A program made the position numbers and the translations under genes. Shown one piece after another: positions 16,711 through 24,841 of a DNA stretch of 49,363 nt. The notes under the pieces were generated by a model that saw only the letters and a list, made by a program, of their open reading frames with translations, ran no database searches and was not told the origin of the DNA. This DNA comes from a virus: the IMG/VR virus record IMGVR_UViG_3300037465_000531. The stretch is one strand, 5' to 3'. How positions within the stretch are numbered: the stretch's first letter is position 1; every line of letters begins with the position of its first letter.

Positions 16711-18080
16711 TGGGCAAGCTGGAAAACTTTTACCGTTCCCTCGGCGTTCCCACTGTGAAGAACCCCTCCAGCAGCGAGGGCCGGGAGCTCGACCGCAAGG
16801 TGCGGGCGATCATGAACTATATCGACCGCCACGGCAAGGGTTACTTTGAATCCTTGTCGGACATCAACGCGCTGCTCGACCGCACCGCATCAGCCGCCGG
16901 TCTCAGCATGGTGGACTACGTCAACACCGCCGTTCCGTACGACCGGACGGTGAGCCTTCTGCTGGCGACGTCGGATCCCAACGTGTTCGTCCATGTGTCG
17001 ATCTACCGCATGCCGAGCGGGCGCTACGAGCTGGTGGCCTACCCCACCCGGGACTCGCTGCGGAAGCGCGGTCTGCAGGGCAAGAGAAGAAACCCTGCGG
17101 GCGACATGGAGGATGCTCTGGCCAACTACATCGCCCACAACGTCTACTGGAAGCTGCAGGAGGAGGCTGAACAGAGCGCGGGGATGAAGCCGGAGCACCG
17201 GGTGCCGATCCGCAGCGGGGTGGTGTTCGTGGCGAAGGTGGAGGCCTACGAGCCCGGACTCGGTCTGGCTCTTTCTGTCTGGACGGAGCGGGAAGAGGGC
17301 GTTCCGGAAAGCGAGGTACACCATCTGACGTGGAGGCAGTTCAGGACCCGGTTTGTCGATTCCTCCACTCTGGAGCCTCTGGTCGACGCACTGCACTATG
17401 CACTCCATCACGGGACTCTTAGCGGGTACCCCGGGTCCGGAGCGGAGGGGGAAGAGCCCGCACCTGTGCGGCAGAACCCTTCGATCCGTCTGGAGCGGAA
17501 CCCCGAGGGCGGGGGCGAGGAGCAGGAGCCCGTGGAGGAGTCCTACTCGGCTGGCGTGGAAGAGGTGCCGGAGCTGGAGGACAGCTACGAGGAAGCCGAG
17601 AAGGTATATGAAACCTTCCACGGCAGGGACAGCGACGAGGAGGTCGTCGTCGAGGAGGCGTTCGCGGTCAGGGACAATCTGGCCGCGCTCGGCATCCTGC
17701 AAGAGCTGTCTCTGACATCGCCCGCGAAGGTGAAGTTCAAGGTCGCCTTCGAGGACGACCAGCCGCTGTTGTGCTCCAGCGTCGATTCTCTGCAGCTCTA
17801 TATCATCGGCGGGGACCAGTCCATCGACGACGATACGCTGCTTGAGATCCTCGACGGGGACCAAGAGGCGGCCAACAAGGACAAGGTGCTGCTCGGCGTT
17901 CTGGACACGCTGGTGTACCAGACCGAGAAGGACTTCGACAATTTCGAAACCATCGACTACGAGCACGAGCTCGGAGAGGACGGCGGCTTCCAGCCCGCCG
18001 TCGTCTACGACCGGGTGAACAGACAGCTTGAGCTCGTCGGTGGGTCGTACAAGATCAAGCGGGAGGGAATCGTCAACTGA
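16710..18080 (+). CDS. Hypothetical protein (456 aa) with acidic central linker
   Basis: TGATG junction. KRRNPAG, VRQNPSIRLERNPEGGGEE motifs. C-terminal domain ...YETFHGRDSDEE...LYIIGGDQ...YEHELGEDGGFQPAVVYD...LVGGSYKIKREGIV. Confidence 0.75.
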   Translation: MGKLENFYRSLGVPTVKNPSSSEGRELDRKVRAIMNYIDRHGKGYFESLSDINALLDRTASAAGLSMVDYVNTAVPYDRTVSLLLATSDPNVFVHVSIYRMPSGRYELVAYPTRDSLRKRGLQGKRRNPAGDMEDALANYIAHNVYWKLQEEAEQSAGMKPEHRVPIRSGVVFVAKVEAYEPGLGLALSVWTEREEGVPESEVHHLTWRQFRTRFVDSSTLEPLVDALHYALHHGTLSGYPGSGAEGEEPAPVRQNPSIRLERNPEGGGEEQEPVEESYSAGVEEVPELEDSYEEAEKVYETFHGRDSDEEVVVEEAFAVRDNLAALGILQELSLTSPAKVKFKVAFEDDQPLLCSSVDSLQLYIIGGDQSIDDDTLLEILDGDQEAANKDKVLLGVLDTLVYQTEKDFDNFETIDYEHELGEDGGFQPAVVYDRVNRQLELVGGSYKIKREGIVN

Positions 18081-18138
18081 TGGTCGCCCTTCCCTTGATA
18101 TCCGCCATTGCGCGGAAACCACAGAAAGGAGAAACCGA

Positions 18139-18888
18139 ATGGCTGTGGTGAAAGTGGTGCGGCGAGTGGCGAATCCGCGCAGGAGAGCTCGCCGCAGGCT
18201 GAATCCGATCCGGCGGCGGAAAACGATCCGACGCCGCAATCCCGCGCTCGTGCTCACGCTCGGCGCAGTGAATCCCAAACGCAAAAGGAGAAAGAACCCC
18301 ATGGCTCGTATCAGTCGTCGCCGCCGGAATCCCCGGCGCAAGATGCTGTCCCTGTTCTCGGTGCCGGTGCGCCGCCGCCGGAATTCCCGTCGTCGCCGCC
18401 GGAACCCCGCTCTGGCTGTCTACCGCCGCCGCTACAGCCGCCGCCGCCGCAATCCGATGTTCGGCAGCGTGAAAGGCGCTGCTGTGCTCGGCGGCCTGAC
18501 CGGCGTCGCCGCCACCCGGCTGGTTTCCAAGATCATCCCGCCCGGCATCCTCGGCTTCGCGGGCCAGTTCGCCCCGCTGCTGAGCGACGGCATCAGCGCG
18601 ATGCTGGTGAGCTGGGCCGCCGAGAAGATGGGCGGCAATGGCGAAACGGCGCGGGACTTCAAGTCCGGCGTGCCCTTCGGCGCTCTGATGCTGGTCGGTT
18701 CGACGGCCATCAGCACCTTCGTTCCCGGTCTGCGGCAGTACGGCTTCGGCATCGGCGCTCTGGTGCCGGGCCAGTTCCCGATCCCGCAGAACCCGATCCG
18801 TCCCCTCGCTCTTCCGGCTCCCGCGCCGGACGCCAAGACCCGGGTCAACACCAGCGGTCTGAGCCGCGCGTTCGGCACCGCGTTCTAG
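18139..18888 (+). CDS. Protamine-like Arg-rich (RRNP)n repeat protein fused to a Gly-rich hydrophobic membrane domain
   Basis: AGAAAGGAGAAACCGA-ATG. About 8 R-rich blocks ending in NP in the first ~115 aa. After that: VLGGLTGVAATRLV, ILGFAGQFAPLL, GISAMLVSWAA, FGALMLVGSTAISTFVPGL. Confidence 0.8.
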   Translation: MAVVKVVRRVANPRRRARRRLNPIRRRKTIRRRNPALVLTLGAVNPKRKRRKNPMARISRRRRNPRRKMLSLFSVPVRRRRNSRRRRRNPALAVYRRRYSRRRRNPMFGSVKGAAVLGGLTGVAATRLVSKIIPPGILGFAGQFAPLLSDGISAMLVSWAAEKMGGNGETARDFKSGVPFGALMLVGSTAISTFVPGLRQYGFGIGALVPGQFPIPQNPIRPLALPAPAPDAKTRVNTSGLSRAFGTAF

Positions 18889-18894
18889 TTTTAC

Positions 18895-18920
18895 GGGGCG
18901 GAGGACGAACTCCCCGCCCC
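18895..18920 (+). terminator. GC-rich hairpin after gene 18139 (no U-tract)
   Basis: ggggcgg ... ccgcccc, 7-bp stem. A second hairpin cccggc-tca-gccggg follows, just before the AAGGAG of gene 18981. Confidence 0.3.
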
Positions 18921-18980
18921 AGTGCCAACACAAAGACCCAATGAAATCCCGGCTCAGCCGGGTGAAGGAGAACAACGACA

Positions 18981-19592
18981 ATGGCGAATGAACAGATCAT
19001 CCTCGACGCATTCCAGTCGCAGGTCTACGTCGAGAACCGGATGGACGTGCAGCACACCCCGCTGTACGACACCGTTTCTTGGAGCGCCGGTGATTCGGTG
19101 ACCGAGCTCACCGGGCAGTGGTTCACCAACGTGGGCCCGAGCTCCAGCAAGACGAAGGCCAAGACCAACATGACCCAGTCGCGGCGTCTGCCCGCGCCGG
19201 AGGCCTTCAGCGTGTTCGGCATCCGGGTCTACTGGAAGCCGAACGTCCTGCTGGCGGACCTCATCAGCGTGCTGGACAACTTCGCGCTCGAGTTCTACCT
19301 CGGGCAGAAGTCGTACAACCTCGGCCCGCTGTGGTACTACGCCGCCGGTGCTGGCATCGACGGCGTGGCTGCCACCACGGCCACCTCGACCACGATCACG
19401 TCGTGGCTCAACGGCGCTCCGCACCGCGAGTCGATGCACAAGCTGGCGCTGCCCATCGTCATCGAGAACCAGATGACGTTCTGGGCGCAGCTGGTCGGCA
19501 CCTCGACCACGCTGACCGCCAGTGGCAGCGGCGGCACCGGCCTGACCCTCACGGTCCTGCTCGACGGCTTCTACGCTCGCGGCGTGCAGTGA
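18981..19592 (+). CDS. Candidate abundant capsid protein, beta-rich (203 aa)
   Basis: The gene is insulated by ~90-nt and ~80-nt hairpin-containing spacers and has a strong AAGGAG. The sequence has alternating hydrophobic beta-like runs (FSVFGIRVYW, FALEFYLG, LALPIVIENQMTFWAQLVG, LTLTVLLDGFYARG). Confidence 0.55.
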   Translation: MANEQIILDAFQSQVYVENRMDVQHTPLYDTVSWSAGDSVTELTGQWFTNVGPSSSKTKAKTNMTQSRRLPAPEAFSVFGIRVYWKPNVLLADLISVLDNFALEFYLGQKSYNLGPLWYYAAGAGIDGVAATTATSTTITSWLNGAPHRESMHKLALPIVIENQMTFWAQLVGTSTTLTASGSGGTGLTLTVLLDGFYARGVQ

Positions 19593-19608
19593 TCGCTGCT
19601 CCCGATGG

Positions 19609-19643
19609 CATGGGAGGGGGGCTTCTCAAAGCCCTCCTCCATG
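19609..19643 (+). terminator. Imperfect GC-rich hairpin after gene 18981
   Basis: catgggaggggggctt-ctca-aagccctcctccatg. Confidence 0.35.
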
Positions 19644-19673
19644 CTGCAAACTTGAGGAGAGGAGAAAGAGTCC

Positions 19674-20102
19674 ATGCGATACAACCCCTACGCTCCACCG
19701 GCCATCCGGGGGCTCGGACAGACAGAGGACAAGGCCTACATCGACATCCCACGGTTCCACCGCATCGAGGTGTCGATGTCGGCGAGCGAATTCATCCGCG
19801 ATCGGGCGAGCGAGTTCAGCGACGAGGGGGACTTCATCCTCCGCGCCATCAGCGTGGCGTCGTTCACCGGCGCGTTCAGCGTGCAATTCACCGACGCCAA
19901 CGGCTACGCGATGTCGAACACGCTGATCAACCACTACGCCTTCCTCGGGGCGAGCAACAGCCCGGTGCCGTTCGTGATCTTCCCGGAAGTGGTGTTCCCC
20001 AAGAGCAGCAAGATCAGCTTGAACATCCTCAACCTGACGACGTCGGCCAACACCGTGATCTTCCTGTTGCACGGAGTGATGCGGGCGCAGGCGCTCAGGT
20101 AA
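19674..20102 (+). CDS. Small beta-rich protein, one copy of the recurrent ~130-aa unit (single-jelly-roll-like; penton candidate)
   Basis: DFILRAISV..FTDANGY..PFVIFPEVVFPKSSKISLNILNLT..VIFLLHGVMR parallels both halves of gene 20115. Confidence 0.5.
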   Translation: MRYNPYAPPAIRGLGQTEDKAYIDIPRFHRIEVSMSASEFIRDRASEFSDEGDFILRAISVASFTGAFSVQFTDANGYAMSNTLINHYAFLGASNSPVPFVIFPEVVFPKSSKISLNILNLTTSANTVIFLLHGVMRAQALR

Positions 20103-20114
20103 GGAGGGCGGGCG

Positions 20115-20939
20115 ATGGATTACTTCGACCTGCCGTTTTACTACGTCTACGACGCCTCGGGGCTGACCAACGGCCAGAGCTACGACGGGCTGGCGATTGC
20201 GGTTGACCGCGACGCGGAATTCCGGCTGCGGGCCGTGCTCGGCGTCAATCTGGTCTGCTCCGGCGGGATGTACTTCTACGACGGCGACGGGAAGCCCGCG
20301 ACGCCGCGCGGATTCATCCATCCGGGCGACCAGCCGCTGCTGGTGCAGCCGGAGATCGTCTATCCGCCAGCCGGTCAGATCCGGTTCTCTCTGTCGAACG
20401 TGCAGCGTGCGGCGCACAACTACACCGGCACGCAGAAGGCATATTACAGCCGCCTGTGCTTCTACGGCGTGAAGCGGTTCACCGGCGAACGCGCCCGGTC
20501 GATGCTCGATCAGCAGAAAGCCTCGGCGGCCTTCCGCCACTTCCCGTACCAGAATCGGAACGACCTGACCGTGAGCATCTACAGCCACGTCAGCCCGGGC
20601 TTCACGCAGGAGGAAGCGCCGCGCCAGTTCCGGGTCGAGGTGGACAACTACGGCTACGACTGGTTCGCTCTCGCGGGCGAGCCGGATCTGCTCAACAACA
20701 AGCTGCTGCTGATGCCCTACGACTCCAGTAGCACACGGCAGCTGGCGAGCGACTATGTGCCGTCGGCATTCCTCGCGTGGCGTCCGTACCGGCCATGGGC
20801 GTGCTTCCCGTCGGTTCCCCTGTTCTTCCCGGCCAACGGCATTCTGCGGCTGGACTGGATGAGCCGGTACACGGACGCCGACACGCTGCCTGCAACCGTG
20901 CCGATCACATTGATCGGGGCACGGAGGATCGGATGCTGA
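20115..20939 (+). CDS. Internally duplicated beta-rich protein (274 aa), two copies of the unit (double-jelly-roll-like capsid candidate)
   Basis: Half 1: AEFRLRAVLGV..FYDGDGK..LLVQPEIVYPPAGQIRFSLSNV..LCFYGVKR. Half 2: YDWFALAGE..MPYDSSS..PLFFPANGILRLDWMS..ITLIGARR. Confidence 0.5.
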   Translation: MDYFDLPFYYVYDASGLTNGQSYDGLAIAVDRDAEFRLRAVLGVNLVCSGGMYFYDGDGKPATPRGFIHPGDQPLLVQPEIVYPPAGQIRFSLSNVQRAAHNYTGTQKAYYSRLCFYGVKRFTGERARSMLDQQKASAAFRHFPYQNRNDLTVSIYSHVSPGFTQEEAPRQFRVEVDNYGYDWFALAGEPDLLNNKLLLMPYDSSSTRQLASDYVPSAFLAWRPYRPWACFPSVPLFFPANGILRLDWMSRYTDADTLPATVPITLIGARRIGC

Positions 20940-20952
20940 GGATGGAGGGCGT

Positions 20953-21480
20953 ATGCTGAGCGCAATTGCGGATGGATTCACGCTGCACCCGGGCATGATC
21001 GAGATTCCGGGCAGGTACGAGCCCATGGCCATCGCGCAGCTGGAGCTGCTGCGGCGATCGAAGACCTATCGTCCGTATTGGGTGAGAGTGCCGGAAGGAA
21101 GCCAGACGGTGGGGGCCTTCGGCAGCTTCCAGTATCAGGTGCATCTGAAACCGGGCAGCTGGCTCTACGGGCTGCAGCTGACCGTGCTTGACGTTCTGGA
21201 CCAGCCGGTGCTGTCGATGAACAGCGCCGTGCTGAGCATCCAGATCACGGAGACCTACAGCGGGGCGCAGTTGTTCAGCGAGCACAGCCGCACGCAGCCG
21301 CTGTGCAATCAGTGCTGGTTCGGCGACACATCCCGGCTGCAGTTTTTCCCGCTCGCAGAGCCGAAAGTGATCATCGATCCCGGAGATCTGGACATCGATG
21401 TCTGCAACCTGACCGATCTGGCCCGCAAGTGGGAGCTGATTCTGTTCACGGCGGAACCGTACGAGCTGGTGGAGGCCTGA
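20953..21480 (+). CDS. Beta-rich protein distantly related to the same unit
   Basis: LYGLQLTVLDV..SIQITETYSGAQLFSE..FFPLAEPKVIIDPGDLDIDVCNLT..ELILFTAEP. Confidence 0.45.
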   Translation: MLSAIADGFTLHPGMIEIPGRYEPMAIAQLELLRRSKTYRPYWVRVPEGSQTVGAFGSFQYQVHLKPGSWLYGLQLTVLDVLDQPVLSMNSAVLSIQITETYSGAQLFSEHSRTQPLCNQCWFGDTSRLQFFPLAEPKVIIDPGDLDIDVCNLTDLARKWELILFTAEPYELVEA

Positions 21481-21481
21481 C

Positions 21482-21841
21482 ATGGACGCGTATTTGACGA
21501 GAGCGGACATCCCCCTGCTGAAGCGGTCGGAGAAAAGCGCGGAGAAGCTCGTCGCAGCAGGCCTGCCGGTGCTGCAGCTTCGGAACATGCTTGCCAACCT
21601 GACGGCTTCTTTGGGCGTCTACAACGTCTACCGCACCTCCAGAAACCGGCTGGAGATCGTAGACGCCAAGGCCGAGTCCATCCGACACGCCAAGCTGGCG
21701 AAGAACGACTACACGGACCTTGCCAAGCGGATCGAGTCAGGCATCCCGGATCCGAAGGCCCGGAGGAAGATCCGCAAGGTTCTGGACGATGTCCACTTCG
21801 GAGTCATCCACCGCATGAGGGTGAGAAAGGACGGGCTCTGA
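21482..21841 (+). CDS. Hypothetical helical basic protein
   Basis: ORF track; tight spacing (starts 2 nt after the upstream stop, ends in a TGATG junction). Confidence 0.65.
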   Translation: MDAYLTRADIPLLKRSEKSAEKLVAAGLPVLQLRNMLANLTASLGVYNVYRTSRNRLEIVDAKAESIRHAKLAKNDYTDLAKRIESGIPDPKARRKIRKVLDDVHFGVIHRMRVRKDGL

Positions 21842-22374
21842 TGCTGCAAGGACAGTATGTTCCTCGAGCTACGGACGCGGACCGGGAGTTGTGGACAATC
21901 ACGTTGGAAACGCCCCGTTGGAAGAGCGACCGTCTGTTCGGGTCCAGCAAGTACAAGAGCGACCAGCCGCCGTGGCTGGTGATGCCGCCGAATGCGGTTC
22001 CGTTCCAGAAGTTCAGCTCCATCGCGCTGCCTGCGGCCAACGGTCAGGACAATACGGTGGTGCAGTTCACCGTGCCGCAGGGCTTCGATGGCGTGATCAG
22101 CTCTCTGGTGCAGCAGTACACGGGCACAGGGTTCGTCGAGGGCAGCGGCGATTTGAAGTGGCGCATCCGCATCGGCGACCGCTGGGCCGAGGACATGGGC
22201 AACATGATCACCCAGCTTGGCAGCCTCCAGTCGCCGTACCAGATCTACCGCAGCGGGGTGCGGCTGCGGGAGTCGGACACGGTCACCTACATCGTCAACC
22301 ATGCGACGGGGAGCGGTCTGACCGGCGGGCGCATCGTCTGCGGCTGTTTCGGGTGGTACTATCCCACCGCGTGA
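21841..22374 (+). CDS. Virion-associated candidate; paralogue of the C-terminal domain of gene 24842
   Basis: FTVPQGFDGV...YTGTGFVEGSGDLKWRIRIGD...RIVCGCFGWYYP vs FEVPEGYYGY...YTGTGYVEGSTDIYWRIKISD...RIIGGIRGWLYEP. Confidence 0.6.
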   Translation: MLQGQYVPRATDADRELWTITLETPRWKSDRLFGSSKYKSDQPPWLVMPPNAVPFQKFSSIALPAANGQDNTVVQFTVPQGFDGVISSLVQQYTGTGFVEGSGDLKWRIRIGDRWAEDMGNMITQLGSLQSPYQIYRSGVRLRESDTVTYIVNHATGSGLTGGRIVCGCFGWYYPTA

Positions 22375-22382
22375 GGTGACCG

Positions 22383-22787
22383 ATGGCGAACGGCCTGTAC
22401 CGCAAGGCGTGCGAGAGCTACAGCTTCCCCAACATCGTCGGGCACACCATCAAAGTGAGCCTGATTCGCACGGCTGGTGGCTACACGCCGAACCTGAACA
22501 CGGACCAGTTCTACTCGATCATTCCCGGCGCGGCGGTGATTTTCGACGGACCGGCGCTGACCGGGAAGAGTTTCACCGGCGGGGAGTTCAAGGCCGACGA
22601 CGTCAACTTCGGCGTGGTGCCCGCGAGTCCGGCGGCGGATGGCATGGTCATCTGGCGCGACAGCGGAAACCCGGCCACCAGCGAGCTGCTGGTGTGGTAT
22701 GACACGGTGCCCGGTCTGCCGGTGACGCCGGACGGATTCAACTACATCATTATCCAGTGGCCGACGACGTTCATTTTCCGGCTGTGA
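22383..22787 (+). CDS. Small beta-rich structural-module protein
   Basis: IKVSLIRTAGGYTPNLNTDQFYS...FTGGEFKADDVNFGVV...MVIWRDSGNPATSELLVWYD...IIIQWPTTFIFRL. Confidence 0.6.
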   Translation: MANGLYRKACESYSFPNIVGHTIKVSLIRTAGGYTPNLNTDQFYSIIPGAAVIFDGPALTGKSFTGGEFKADDVNFGVVPASPAADGMVIWRDSGNPATSELLVWYDTVPGLPVTPDGFNYIIIQWPTTFIFRL

Positions 22788-22794
22788 GGACGAG

Positions 22795-23805
22795 ATGGCG
22801 CACACGGTTCTGTGGATCGACGGCTTCGACGAGATCGCGAGCACGGATCAAAAATACTCGTCCACAGAGAGAAACCAGACGTGGGCCACGGATCCGACGC
22901 CGGCCTACGGCTACGGGAAGGCGATGCGAGTGCAGAACGGATGGGTCGCGCCGATTCTGACCGGGTCCCCGTACACAGTCCTGTTCGCTGCGTTCGACCT
23001 CCTGTTGTACACCACGTTCGACGTGAGTCAGCTCCAGTTGGAATTCTGGGACGATCTCGCAGGACAGGCGCAGTGCTATTTGAAGACTTCGCTCAACCAA
23101 TCCGCTTTGAAATACGATCTGGTGCTGTATCGAGGTGCCACCGCGCTGTATACATGGACTGCTGTTCTCGACCACGCCATTCACAACCATGTCAGCATCC
23201 GCTGCGAGGTCAACAGCAGCACCGGCAGCGTGACTTTGGCGGTAAACGGAGTGGACAAGGGGACTTTCACCGGCAACACGCAGAACACGACCAATACCCG
23301 GATCGACCGGTTCCGCATCAACATGACGGTGAACAACTCAAGAGTCGGAGTAGACAACTGGGTGATTGCCTCGGGGCTGATCACCGATCCACTGTTGCCT
23401 GTGACCCGGGTCTACGGAGCTAACATGCCCAACGCTAACATCGCCGTGGCGTGGACTCCGAGCACCGGGAGCAACTACCAGACGGTGGACGAGATCCCTC
23501 CGAGCGATACAGACTACAACAGCACGTCGACTTCCGGGGCGCAGGACGTGTTCTCCCACGCGGCGCTGTCCGGCGTCGGGGATCAGGTTCTGGCGGTGCG
23601 GGCCAACGCCCGGGCATGGAGAGACTCGACCGACACGATCCAGAATCTGGTGCGGGTTAGCGGCACGGACTACTATGGCTCGACGAAGACGCCGTCGTCG
23701 AGTTATCTGAGCTACGGCCATGTGTGGGCGCAGAATCCGGCGACGAGCGCGGCGTGGACGCCGAGCGACGCGATTGCCGCGCAATTCGGATACAGGAGGG
23801 TGTAA
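22795..23805 (+). CDS. Lectin/LamG-like two-domain protein, tandem paralogue 1 (spike/receptor-binding candidate)
   Basis: MAHTVLWIDGFDEI...VDNWVIASGLITDPLLP...DEIPPSDTDYNS...AQNPATSAAWTPSDAIAAQFGYR aligns along its full length with gene 23806. Confidence 0.6.
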   Translation: MAHTVLWIDGFDEIASTDQKYSSTERNQTWATDPTPAYGYGKAMRVQNGWVAPILTGSPYTVLFAAFDLLLYTTFDVSQLQLEFWDDLAGQAQCYLKTSLNQSALKYDLVLYRGATALYTWTAVLDHAIHNHVSIRCEVNSSTGSVTLAVNGVDKGTFTGNTQNTTNTRIDRFRINMTVNNSRVGVDNWVIASGLITDPLLPVTRVYGANMPNANIAVAWTPSTGSNYQTVDEIPPSDTDYNSTSTSGAQDVFSHAALSGVGDQVLAVRANARAWRDSTDTIQNLVRVSGTDYYGSTKTPSSSYLSYGHVWAQNPATSAAWTPSDAIAAQFGYRRV

Positions 23806-24840
23806 ATGGCGTACACGATTCTCTGGATGGACGGCTTCGACGAGATTGGAAACGCGAACCAGAAGTATACCGAAGGCGGCGAAATCAACTACGCGCAGGC
23901 TACGAACACGACAGTAGTCCCGTTTTCCTATGGCAGGTCGCTGAAGTTCAACAACTCCAACGAGGTGGTTCTCCAGAAGGTGATCTCAGGCGCACCGTAC
24001 ACGACGTTCTTCCTCGGGTTTCATTTCTACCTCAACTCCACGGACACCACGGAGAGGAACTTCATCCAGTTCTTGGACGCGCAGAACAACGTGGTGCAGA
24101 TCGAGCTTCGGCGCATCTGGGACAACGTTCTGCTGAAGCACGTCCTGCGTCTTTACCGCGGATCTACATTGTTGGCAGCTACCACGGACGGGATCCAGCA
24201 GGCGACTTGGACATGGATCAGCGTGAAGTACGTCTGTCATCCAAGCACCGGAACCGTCGAGGTCAAGATGAACAACTCCACGGTGCTGACCTTCACCGGA
24301 AACACCCAGAACGGAGCTGTGACTCAGGTGCATCGCCCTGTGATCCGCACCGGGTTGGCAATCACCGACTTCTATGTTGACAACCTCGTGGTGGCCACCG
24401 GACTGACAACGGACGATCTGTTGCCGGAATGCAGGATCTTCGGTGCCGTGGTGCCGACGTCGAACGACAGCATCGCGTTCACTCCGAACGCAGGCACGAA
24501 CTGGTCGAACGTGAACGAGATTCCGCCGAACGACGACACGAGCTACAACTACTCGAACACGGTTGGCGCAACGGACGTGTTCGTCTGCGCGCCGCCGACG
24601 CTGACCGGGGTGGTCTACGCCGTCAAAGTCAACTTCCGGGCGAGGAAGGACGACGCCGGAGTGCGGGAGCTGGCATCGGTCATCAAGCCCGGAACAACTG
24701 TCCATCAGGGGTCGGCCATCGAGATCACGTCGAACTACTTCAATCGCGGATACATGTGGCAGACGAACCCGGACACCGGCGTGGGCTGGAACCCCGGAGA
24801 TCTGACCAGTCTGAAATTCGGCTACAGGATCGTGACCTGA
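23806..24840 (+). CDS. Lectin/LamG-like two-domain protein, tandem paralogue 2
   Basis: MAYTILWMDGFDEI...VDNLVVATGLTTDDLLP...NEIPPNDDTSYNYS...QTNPDTGVGWNPGDLTSLKFGYR. Starts immediately after the paralogue 1 stop. Confidence 0.6.
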   Translation: MAYTILWMDGFDEIGNANQKYTEGGEINYAQATNTTVVPFSYGRSLKFNNSNEVVLQKVISGAPYTTFFLGFHFYLNSTDTTERNFIQFLDAQNNVVQIELRRIWDNVLLKHVLRLYRGSTLLAATTDGIQQATWTWISVKYVCHPSTGTVEVKMNNSTVLTFTGNTQNGAVTQVHRPVIRTGLAITDFYVDNLVVATGLTTDDLLPECRIFGAVVPTSNDSIAFTPNAGTNWSNVNEIPPNDDTSYNYSNTVGATDVFVCAPPTLTGVVYAVKVNFRARKDDAGVRELASVIKPGTTVHQGSAIEITSNYFNRGYMWQTNPDTGVGWNPGDLTSLKFGYRIVT

Positions 24841-24841
24841 C

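Noticed and set aside
22795-24840. A diversity-generating retroelement (template/variable repeat) as the explanation for the tandem spike-like paralogues.
   Set aside because: There is no reverse transcriptase gene in the window. The two genes differ throughout rather than at adenine-specific positions of a near-identical repeat.
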